Shown here: positions 19,267 to 27,024 of the stretch, piece by piece | How positions within the stretch are numbered: the stretch's first letter is position 1 | Layout of the letters: each line of letters starts with the position of its first letter | Origin: a virus | Lineage: Duplodnaviria; Caudoviricetes | Reading direction: 5' to 3' (one strand) | IMG/VR virus record: IMGVR_UViG_3300033121_002118 | Span: 1 to 64,000 of that record | DNA: 64,000 nt | Position numbers and translations under genes: made by a program | Notes under the pieces: model-generated | Databases searched by the model: none | What the model saw: only the letters and a program-made list of their open reading frames with translations | Told to the model about the DNA's origin: nothing

Positions 19267-20134
19267 TCGCCTCCGCCGCTTCACGAACACGCTTGCACAG
19301 CGTCGAGATGAAGGAAACACTGACGCCGTGGCGTGCAGCCAGCGTCGCCAGCTTTTCCCCCTCCAAACGTGCCTTCACAATCTGTGCCTGTGTCTCACCG
19401 TCGATCTTTTTGGGCCTGCTGCGAAGCGCCTCGCTGATCCGCTGGCGAGTCAACGACGACACGACACGACCCGAAAGAGCATCCCGCAGCTTTACGCGGC
19501 GCTCTTCGGTGCAAGGTGACATGCCCTTGCCCTTCCTGTTCGCGCTCATCTTCTTTCGGGACTCTTCCGTGTGCTTTTTTCCACGTCGAGATCGATGCAA
19601 CGTCTCGGCATGCTCAAACTTGATCTTCCTTGGCCCATGCTCTTCATTGTGACGACGCACACCAGCACTGATCCGTTCACGTGAATCTGCATCACGCTTA
19701 CGTCCCTTGTTGGCGGCACGTCGGCGCTCGACGAGTTCACGTGGCTGCTGTCGACCTGACAGCGTCTTGCTGATCTTGCTTCGTGTTACCTCACACGGTC
19801 CGTTTCCTCCATGCGTCATGTTGTAACCCATGGGCCACACCGTGCCAAGCTCGATGATGAACTTGGTCTCGAGCGCATTTAGCTCACGACGATCACAACA
19901 TTCGACGATGACTTTTCGAACGAAGCTGTCCGGTCCATACTCACGGATCGCTTTCGCAAGCTCAACAGATGAATGTCTCTTCAGAGCATTATCACAATGC
20001 GCACGCCACCTTGAATCGAGGGTGTCAGTCGTCTGCCCCACGTACCGCAAGTTCGTTGCTGTACACAGCAGCTCATACACGAGCCCGTAGCTGGGCTGCT
20101 TGACGTCCTGAAGGCGTGAAAAGTCCTCGGCCAT
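19256..20134 (-). CDS. GIY-YIG homing endonuclease with NUMOD3-like repeats
   Basis: GLVY...YVGQT, RWRAH, LE..FI, GYNMT.GG, repeated HTEESRKKMS/TRQRISEA; lower GC. Confidence 0.9.
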   Translation of the reverse strand: MAEDFSRLQDVKQPSYGLVYELLCTATNLRYVGQTTDTLDSRWRAHCDNALKRHSSVELAKAIREYGPDSFVRKVIVECCDRRELNALETKFIIELGTVWPMGYNMTHGGNGPCEVTRSKISKTLSGRQQPRELVERRRAANKGRKRDADSRERISAGVRRHNEEHGPRKIKFEHAETLHRSRRGKKHTEESRKKMSANRKGKGMSPCTEERRVKLRDALSGRVVSSLTRQRISEALRSRPKKIDGETQAQIVKARLEGEKLATLAARHGVSVSFISTLCKRVREAAEANDG

Positions 20135-20141
20135 CACCCGA

Positions 20142-20147
20142 TACTTA
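20142..20147. promoter_or_regulatory. TANNTA late-promoter-like motif between divergent genes
   Basis: TACTTA 4 nt before ATG 20152 (+); reads TAAGTA 7 nt before ATG 20134 (-). Confidence 0.6.
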
Positions 20148-20151
20148 CGGC

Positions 20152-20706
20152 ATGATGACAAGCAGCTTGGCCACCCTGCGTGCCTTTGTCAAGCTCACAC
20201 TCGATGAATCAACAACGCTGCCTCGCGTCTGGTTCCACGGCAGCCCGTACTGTTGCATGGAAACGGCAGCCGATTACGAACGCCCGATCATGTTCGTCAC
20301 TGACTCGGAGGCGGTCGCACGGGAATACAGGTGGGCCCTTCCCGCAGCGGCAAGGCGACCTAAGGGAAACCACAGGGACGAACCCACGCTGTACAAGGTG
20401 CGGTTGTTGTTTTCTTCTGCTGCGATCCTTGACACGCGTGTGCCAGCGCACAGAGCAGTCTACCAAGAGATCGCCGATGGATCCACAGCACGCAGGATCG
20501 ATCCGCAGCTGGTGAGCGTGCACGCGGCACGGGACAGCACAGTGGCCGGTGCCTTCCCGTCATATGGGACCGTGTTGCCGCTGATGCGTGCTCTGGAGCC
20601 CATGGGTTTCCAGGCAGCGTTCATCGCCGAAGGAACGCAAGGCGCCAGCCTCGCCGTGTGGCGACCGCAGCAAGCTGTGGAAATCATCTCACGTACCCCG
20701 ATGTGA
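20152..20706 (+). CDS. Putative ADP-ribosyltransferase-fold protein with leader variant
   Basis: LRAFVKLTLDE|S; WFHGS, FVTDSEAVAREY, LYKVRL, MGFQAA, AVWRPQQ. Confidence 0.55.
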   Translation: MMTSSLATLRAFVKLTLDESTTLPRVWFHGSPYCCMETAADYERPIMFVTDSEAVAREYRWALPAAARRPKGNHRDEPTLYKVRLLFSSAAILDTRVPAHRAVYQEIADGSTARRIDPQLVSVHAARDSTVAGAFPSYGTVLPLMRALEPMGFQAAFIAEGTQGASLAVWRPQQAVEIISRTPM

Positions 20707-21003
20707 TCAGGCACACAGGGCCAATGTGTCGGCCAAGGGCGGGATCTTCACGATCGTGCCGGGCGGGCACTGGAGCCCCCAGCCCACGTCGCTCGCGGCG
20801 GCCAAGATCCACCAGTAGCGCCCGTCCCCATACACGGAGCCCGCGAGCGTGTCGAGGCGGTCAGCACCCCTCAACGTCGTCTCCTCGCACCTGAGGGCGC
20901 CCGTGCGGATTGCAGCCCTGATCGCGGCGACCGCGCGGGAGGTGCCGAACTGGGCACCCAGCCCGAGCACGGGTGCCCTTGCGTAACGTGAGGCGGCAGG
21001 CAT
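20707..21003 (-). CDS. Baseplate wedge gp53/tail-X-like LysM-type protein
   Basis: DRLDTLAGSVYGDGRYWWILAAAS..PGTIVKIP. Confidence 0.8.
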   Translation of the reverse strand: MPAASRYARAPVLGLGAQFGTSRAVAAIRAAIRTGALRCEETTLRGADRLDTLAGSVYGDGRYWWILAAASDVGWGLQCPPGTIVKIPPLADTLALCA

Positions 21004-21006
21004 CGG

Positions 21007-21279
21007 TCAGCGCCCCGCGAAGATGTATGACTCGAGAAAGAGCGCAAGCTCACGCTCGAACTGCGCGGTCCAGCGCGGGTCACGCCCAAACTTCCCCCGC
21101 ACGGCGTTGACGATCCTGCGTGCGATCTGGTCAGGTGCGAGTGTCCCGCTGGATGCGATCATCGCGTCGACAGCGTCCATGTCATGGAGCACCACGTCGC
21201 GAAACCGGGCATGCGTGCGGCCTGTCTCAGCCAGCATGCTGAACACGATCCCTCGCAGCTCGCCCAGCCTGATCTTCAT
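21007..21279 (-). CDS. Small leader-family protein
   Basis: MKIRLGELRGIVFSMLAET...; TANNTA 21285-21290. Confidence 0.75.
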   Translation of the reverse strand: MKIRLGELRGIVFSMLAETGRTHARFRDVVLHDMDAVDAMIASSGTLAPDQIARRIVNAVRGKFGRDPRWTAQFERELALFLESYIFAGR

Positions 21280-21283
21280 GGTC

Positions 21284-21892
21284 TTAACTACGCGTCTTTC
21301 CGTCCGTGTCATCCTCGGCGGGCGATGCACCTCGCGTCAACCAAGCCTCAGCTCTCTTCAGCCATTCTGTACCGCCCGCAGCTTCGACCTGACCCAGTGT
21401 AAGGTTGCATCTATGGCACAAGAACCCGCGCGCCTTACCGGTCGCGTGATCATGATCGAGGCATGGGACTTCAAGCTTTCGAATGCACAGACCGCAGCAC
21501 TCGTCTTGTTCCTTGAGAATCGCTCGAAGGGCTCCTGCATCAAGGCCAAACTGGTGCAGCTTCTCCTGCTGTTTTCGCCACTTCGCGTACGACGACATCC
21601 TAGTTGACAGGTCACGTCCGCCCACGCACGTCTCACATTGCATCACACGTGGGGCTCGAGCGTCGAAGTCGTTAAAGCACGTGACGCACTGCCGTCGCCA
21701 CGTCTTCACTTTTTTGTAGACACGCAACACTCCTTCTGCGCGTAGAAACGAACGCACAGCTGCAAATGAGACAGCGAGTCCGCCTTCGACAAGACGACGA
21801 TGTGTCGTGCCCAAGACCTTGCATTCGCCATAGATGCGAAGCGCCTCAGGCTGCCAGGACAAATCACCACCGTCACAACGCTTCCAGGGCAT
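21284..21892 (-). CDS. Endonuclease VII-like (His-Me) homing endonuclease
   Basis: QDECCGLC..LDHDHATGKARGFLCHRCNLTLG; lower GC. Confidence 0.88.
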   Translation of the reverse strand: MPWKRCDGGDLSWQPEALRIYGECKVLGTTHRRLVEGGLAVSFAAVRSFLRAEGVLRVYKKVKTWRRQCVTCFNDFDARAPRVMQCETCVGGRDLSTRMSSYAKWRKQQEKLHQFGLDAGALRAILKEQDECCGLCIRKLEVPCLDHDHATGKARGFLCHRCNLTLGQVEAAGGTEWLKRAEAWLTRGASPAEDDTDGKTRS

Positions 21893-24849
21893 CAGCGTGT
21901 TTTCCCGTCGGTGTCATCGTCGCCATGACGCATGAAAGTACCGACAGGGTAGATAGGTCCCCTATCAAACCCTTGATGATCCAGGCCCGGGCTGACGTCA
22001 TGGATGGGCGTGAACTGCATCGTCACCTTGCCCATGATGGGCGCGGTCCTGCCCGGTGACGTGTCCCACACGGTCCGGTCGTACCAGTCGAACTCCAGGG
22101 AGTCGATCCTGCCTGCCAGGCCCTTGCCGGCCGCGGACCTGAAGGACTTGACCAGCGCGTTCTTGGCCGGGCTCATGAACTCGGCCAGCTTCGTGGGCCC
22201 CTGGTCGCCCGCGCCGCCTGGGTCCAGCTCCGCCATGATCTTCGCGACGGTCTCAGGGGTCGGATCGAGCGCGTCCAGCGGGACCACGTACTCGCCGTCG
22301 ACGTAGCGGAGCGCGGGCCTGCCCTCGTTGTCGTGCTCGTCCTTGACGTACTCGTACAGCCTGGGCTGCCGCAGCCTGACCGCCTCCGCGATCTTCACCC
22401 TGACGATGACGCGACCGTCGAAGGCCGAGTGCTCAGTCAGGTACGTCGCCTCGAAGGCCTCGCTGAGCGAGGTCAGGTCCAGGACGGGCGCGTTCTTGGG
22501 CCCGTCCGCTCCCGGCAGGCCGCCCAGGCCCTTGTCGTCGCTGAGCGGATACAGGCCGGGCTTCACCCGCATCGCGTACGATGGGTTGCGCTTGGCCACG
22601 GCCAGCTTCTCGCGGAAGGCCGCGGGCCTGTCTCGGGCCACGACGTCGGTCGAGTCTAGGCGCAGGCCGTCGCCCCCGAGCCCGAACAGCCGGGCCAGCG
22701 CGAAGCGCGAGTAGTTGCTCCTGATCAGATCACCCAGCCGCAGCCGGACCAGGGGTGAGGCGCCCACGAGCTGGCTGAAGGGCTGCGTGAAGCGGTGGCT
22801 CGGGCTCGACGGATCGCCCACCGTCAGCTGCTTGCCCGCAGTGTACTGCGGGTATACGAGCGTGACGAGCTTGTTGATCTTGACCCACATCTCGTCGAAG
22901 TCAGCTGGGCTGGTCGAGGCCACGTAGAAGCTCAGCCCGATCTTGCGCCGCGTGTTCTTGTACACGCCCACGGGCTCGACCCTGCCGTAGCCCTCGGAGT
23001 CCTCCCAGGCCGCCGTGAAGCCGTCGCTCAGCGAGGCCAGGAAGGCATGGAACGACAGCACCTCACGCGTGCGCAGGTCCTTGAAGTAGAAGGGCACGTA
23101 CTCTGCCTCGAGCCTGCGCTCGAGCTCCAGCGCCTCCTCGACCGGGATCATTGGCCCGCCCGCGCGCTGTTCCGCCGTCGACAGCACCCGGTGCTCGTTC
23201 TTGGAGCGCGCCTCGAACCTGTCCCGGCCCCCGTCGAAGGAGCCCAGGGAGCCGCCCCGCAGCAGGGCACCGTCGAGTCCCTTGGGCATCAACAGCACGG
23301 TGGGCGTCCGGTTGGAGGCCCAGGCGAGCTTCAGCGACTCCTTGAGCCGGGACTTCGCGACCGCGGGCGTGGAATCGTCCGTGTACGAGTCGATCGTCGA
23401 CAGGCGCGCCGGATGTCCGGTCCGCGCGTCGAGCAGCCTGTCGTCGGTGGACAGGAGCTGGTCTCCCAGCTGCGCGAACACGTTCAGGGCCGCGATGAGC
23501 CGGGAGCCCCGGATCACGTCCACCAGGCCGATGATCTGCTTGACCACGTCGACCGGGTTGCCGCCGATGCGCTTGAGCTGGTCCACCAGCAGCACGCCCG
23601 AGCGCAGGATGGTCCGTGCCGCCCCAGCGTAGAAACCAGGGGACCCAAGCGCGGCCTTGACGCCCGAGGAGATCGCGGCGCCCACCGAGGAATCATCGAC
23701 CCCGAAGAAGGCAGCCGTGCCCACCTTGAGGGCCCGCACGAACGGGTACACGGTGCCCCGGATGCCGAACAGGGCCCCCAGGTCGAAGGGCACAGGCGGG
23801 AACGCACCCGGGTTCGCCCGGGGCTCCAGCGTGTAGCTGCCCGGGGCATAGCGGCCCAGGGCATCGCGTGAGGCGGCTCGAGGCGGGTTCTTACCCGATC
23901 CCAGCAGGGCGCTCAGGCCCTCGACCAGGAGCACGACCCCGGCACCCAGGGCCAGGGCCAGGCCGTACATGCCCACGGACGCGATGCCTGAGAACGGGTC
24001 TGCGACGCTGTTGAGGGAACCCCAGGACTCGTCCACCACGTTGAGCGTCGCGCTGGACGCCTCCTGCGTCAACGTGCTGAGCACGTCCTGCGCAGAGAGC
24101 ACGGCCGTCCGGACGCGGACCACGCCCAGCTGCGCGGGCGAGGGGGCAAGGGCGCCCGCCGACGTCAGGGTGCTGTTGGGATCATTACCTGGATCGCCCG
24201 CTGTCAGCTCCTGCGCCGCGCGCAGGGTCAACGTGGTGCCCAGCGTGGCCAGCCGACCCTGGCTCACCTCCGCGCCGCCGGGCAGACGCAGTGGGCGCTC
24301 GACCGGCCTACCTGCCTGCTCCAGCGTCTGTTCGACATCGCGGCTGAAGGGCGTGAAACGGTTCCGCAGCAGCACGTGCGAGGTGTAGCCCTCGACCACG
24401 GCGCCAGGGGCCTGCAGCAGTCCGTGACCGTCCACCTTGGAGTCGGGCCGCGCGCCCGCTCGAAAGCCCATCGATGTCAGGCGCTCTGCGTCGGGTCCAC
24501 GCGTGGCCAGGCCGCCGGCGTTCCTGCCGGGCGCGAACCGTGCCGAGTTCCGCGCGTCCGCGAGCGGGACCGGGTAGCCCCCGTCCTCGGCCGATGCCTC
24601 AGGCGGGTACGTCGCGTCGCGATCGATCGGGTACCTGTTGGCGCGGCCCGCTGCGCCCTGCTTGCCCGTCGTCAGGTCGCTCAGGAACTGGGAGAGCGTG
24701 AGCCGCGTGGGCCTCGACAGGTCCTTGCCCGTCGTGTCCTCGACAGAAACGGGCGGGGTCCCAGAGGAGCCCTTGGGCAGCTCCCCGCCCTGGGCGTCGG
24801 GCACGCCGACGTCGTACGTAAATTCTCTGCCATCGATCGTGAACGGCAC
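21892..24849 (-). CDS. Baseplate / tail-tube-initiator-like structural protein (985 aa)
   Basis: YVPFYFKDLR..FHAFL..LSD.F...W....YGRVEPV..Y.NT.RKI.LSF segment; next to tape measure. Confidence 0.6.
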   Translation of the reverse strand: MPFTIDGREFTYDVGVPDAQGGELPKGSSGTPPVSVEDTTGKDLSRPTRLTLSQFLSDLTTGKQGAAGRANRYPIDRDATYPPEASAEDGGYPVPLADARNSARFAPGRNAGGLATRGPDAERLTSMGFRAGARPDSKVDGHGLLQAPGAVVEGYTSHVLLRNRFTPFSRDVEQTLEQAGRPVERPLRLPGGAEVSQGRLATLGTTLTLRAAQELTAGDPGNDPNSTLTSAGALAPSPAQLGVVRVRTAVLSAQDVLSTLTQEASSATLNVVDESWGSLNSVADPFSGIASVGMYGLALALGAGVVLLVEGLSALLGSGKNPPRAASRDALGRYAPGSYTLEPRANPGAFPPVPFDLGALFGIRGTVYPFVRALKVGTAAFFGVDDSSVGAAISSGVKAALGSPGFYAGAARTILRSGVLLVDQLKRIGGNPVDVVKQIIGLVDVIRGSRLIAALNVFAQLGDQLLSTDDRLLDARTGHPARLSTIDSYTDDSTPAVAKSRLKESLKLAWASNRTPTVLLMPKGLDGALLRGGSLGSFDGGRDRFEARSKNEHRVLSTAEQRAGGPMIPVEEALELERRLEAEYVPFYFKDLRTREVLSFHAFLASLSDGFTAAWEDSEGYGRVEPVGVYKNTRRKIGLSFYVASTSPADFDEMWVKINKLVTLVYPQYTAGKQLTVGDPSSPSHRFTQPFSQLVGASPLVRLRLGDLIRSNYSRFALARLFGLGGDGLRLDSTDVVARDRPAAFREKLAVAKRNPSYAMRVKPGLYPLSDDKGLGGLPGADGPKNAPVLDLTSLSEAFEATYLTEHSAFDGRVIVRVKIAEAVRLRQPRLYEYVKDEHDNEGRPALRYVDGEYVVPLDALDPTPETVAKIMAELDPGGAGDQGPTKLAEFMSPAKNALVKSFRSAAGKGLAGRIDSLEFDWYDRTVWDTSPGRTAPIMGKVTMQFTPIHDVSPGLDHQGFDRGPIYPVGTFMRHGDDDTDGKTR

Positions 24850-24852
24850 GTG

Positions 24853-25068
24853 CTAAGTACGCGCCGCCTCGAGCCCTCGGAGCAGCTCCGCGAAGGCGGA
24901 CGGGTCCTCGTCCCGCAGCCGGTGCACGGCCTCGACCGCGCCCGAGACCGCGGACCGGATCGCCCGGTTCAGGCCCTCCGCGAACTGCCTCGCCTTTTCG
25001 TCTGGGATGCTGCCGAGCGCCTGGAGGGCGTCTGCCTGGATGTCTGTCTTCACGTCGCCTGCTGCCAT
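24853..25068 (-). CDS. Hypothetical protein (71 aa)
   Basis: TATGGT 7 nt before ATG (MAAGDVK...). Confidence 0.6.
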   Translation of the reverse strand: MAAGDVKTDIQADALQALGSIPDEKARQFAEGLNRAIRSAVSGAVEAVHRLRDEDPSAFAELLRGLEAART

Positions 25069-25087
25069 GCAGGCAACCATAGCGTCC

Positions 25088-25822
25088 TCAGGACGGGCCG
25101 GTCATCTCCTCGTCGTCCTCGTCGAACGGCAGCGCCTCGTCGCCGTCGTAGTCCTGCCATTCCTCGAGGCCCGGCAGCAGCATCGCCAGGCGTCCGGCCT
25201 GGTCGACGTCGTCGAAAGCGACGACGAAACCGCTGCCCTTGTGCACCATGAACCGCCGCTCGTCGTCGTCGATGTCTCCTGCACCCTTCGACGCGAACCA
25301 GGTCCGGAACGCCTCAGCGTCCTCAGGACGCAGATCCGAAAGGGAGACCGCGTCCTGCCCATTCATCATCTCGTCCACGAGCACGTCGACCGTGAAAGGG
25401 GGACGGTCGAAGCCGTCGTCGTCCTCTTCGTCATCGTCGTCATCATCGCCCATGTACTCCTCGGTGGCATCGAGACCCTCATAGAAGGCGTCCCGGAGCT
25501 CGTCGGAGTCCAGGCCCATCTCGCCTGCGTACTTCATGACAGCGGCGTCGATCAGCTCTTCCTCGGCAGGATCGCCCGACGCGTCTCGCATCGTGCGCAC
25601 GGTCTCGTCGTCGCTGGGCCGAAAGACCTCGTCAGCGATCGTGGGTCCGTCCCAGTCCTCCTCACGCTGGTTCGCGTGCTGCACCTCGTACGCGGTCATG
25701 TGCACGAAATAGTCCCAGTCGTGCTCGGACTTGGGGGCGGAAGCAACCTCGACCAGCCTCGCCGCTTCTTCCTTGACGATCTGCCGCAGCTGTCCCCTGG
25801 TGATCTTCACGGTCTTGGCCAT
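25088..25822 (-). CDS. Highly acidic leader-family protein (244 aa)
   Basis: MAKTVKITRGQLRQIVKEEAARLVEVA...; TANNTA 25828-25833. Confidence 0.85.
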   Translation of the reverse strand: MAKTVKITRGQLRQIVKEEAARLVEVASAPKSEHDWDYFVHMTAYEVQHANQREEDWDGPTIADEVFRPSDDETVRTMRDASGDPAEEELIDAAVMKYAGEMGLDSDELRDAFYEGLDATEEYMGDDDDDDEEDDDGFDRPPFTVDVLVDEMMNGQDAVSLSDLRPEDAEAFRTWFASKGAGDIDDDERRFMVHKGSGFVVAFDDVDQAGRLAMLLPGLEEWQDYDGDEALPFDEDDEEMTGPS

Positions 25823-25953
25823 GGTCCTACCTATCGACCTTTCTCGAGATTGTTCTTACCACGTCCCGCCGGCGCACGACATCACTCGATCAGGGCCGGG
25901 CTGGGGCTGTTGGGGCTGTCGGGGATGGGCGAGGGCTGGCTCGAGCCGTCGTA
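25793..25953. repeat. 161-bp exact direct repeat, copy A
   Basis: Identical to 26864-27024 (offset 1071); contains the tape-measure 3' end, TANNTA motif and leader start. Confidence 0.95.
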
Positions 25954-25972
25954 GCCCTGCCATTCCCTGAGT

Positions 25973-26506
25973 TTAGTCGTCGGCGTGTGGATCCGCGTCG
26001 CCGCTGCCGTTGCATGAAGGACACTCGTGCGTGCCGCCGCAGTTCTCGCACGTCTCGCCTGTGTTGGTGTCTGTGCCGTCTTCACTGCACTCAGAGCAGT
26101 CGCCGCTGCCGGAGCAGTCCTCGCACTCAGCATCGTCCCTCTCGTGATCCTCTGCAGCCAGATCGTCCAGGTCGACGCCCTCCCAGAACTCGGCCTCGCT
26201 CTCCAGCTTGTCGGCTGCGTCCTGTTCCGACATACCCTCGGTGTAGAACTGGTACAGGATGTCGTTCGCGGCCTCTTCTGCGGCCTGGTTCTCGCTCGAG
26301 AGGTTGTTGAAGGCGGGCGTGTCCGAGATGCTGCCGTAACCGGTCTCATCCAGGACCTTGTCGAGCTCGTTCCGCCAGTCGTTGTACGACTTCTGCTCCC
26401 CGGACGCTGCCTTCTTGCCGCCCTTCCTGGGAGCTTCCACGAGCCGACCCACTTCTTCCTTGACGATCTGCCTGAGCTGCCTGCGCGTGATCTTCTTCAC
26501 CGACAT
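25973..26506 (-). CDS. Leader-family protein with C-terminal DnaJ-type CxxCxGxG zinc finger
   Basis: MSVKKITRRQLRQIVKEEVGRLVEAP...CEDCSGSG.CSEC...CENCGG..CPSCNGSG. Confidence 0.85.
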   Translation of the reverse strand: MSVKKITRRQLRQIVKEEVGRLVEAPRKGGKKAASGEQKSYNDWRNELDKVLDETGYGSISDTPAFNNLSSENQAAEEAANDILYQFYTEGMSEQDAADKLESEAEFWEGVDLDDLAAEDHERDDAECEDCSGSGDCSECSEDGTDTNTGETCENCGGTHECPSCNGSGDADPHADD

Positions 26507-26551
26507 CGTCTCATCCTTCCCAGGTCATGGTCTTGAGCCGGGCCCAACAAG

Positions 26552-26893
26552 TCAGCCATTCCACGTCTTCTTTTTGAGACGCGCAGGCGAGATTTTCATC
26601 TGACCACGCTCTTGCGAATTGAAATAGAGCTGACCGTCCAGAACGAATGCAGCCTGGGCCTCAGCACCCTCAGAGGAATCGAACGCCATGGCGTCAAATT
26701 CCGTTCCTTCTTCATCGAAGTACGGCGCTTCAAACTGAAGATTGTTGCGCTCGGCAAACTCCTTGACGGCGTCAATCGCATCAGCCCCAGAGGAGGCGCT
26801 CCAGCCACCGCCAGGGGTTTCCATCAACCTGCCTGCCTCTTCTGCAACGATCCGCCGCAGCTATCCCCTGGTGATCTTCACGGTCTTGGCCAT
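26552..26893 (-). pseudogene. Leader-family gene with in-frame TAG at codon 11
   Basis: MAKTVKITRG*LRRIVAEEAGRLMETP...; the paralogous leader has CAG at this position. Confidence 0.7.
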
Positions 26894-27024
26894 GGTCCTA
26901 CCTATCGACCTTTCTCGAGATTGTTCTTACCACGTCCCGCCGGCGCACGACATCACTCGATCAGGGCCGGGCTGGGGCTGTTGGGGCTGTCGGGGATGGG
27001 CGAGGGCTGGCTCGAGCCGTCGTA
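26864..27024. repeat. 161-bp exact direct repeat, copy B
   Basis: Identical to 25793-25953. Confidence 0.95.

Noticed and set aside
25793-27024. IS/transposon, or diversity-generating retroelement TR/VR pair
   Set aside because: No transposase, inverted repeats or reverse transcriptase in the window; the copies are identical rather than adenine-mutated
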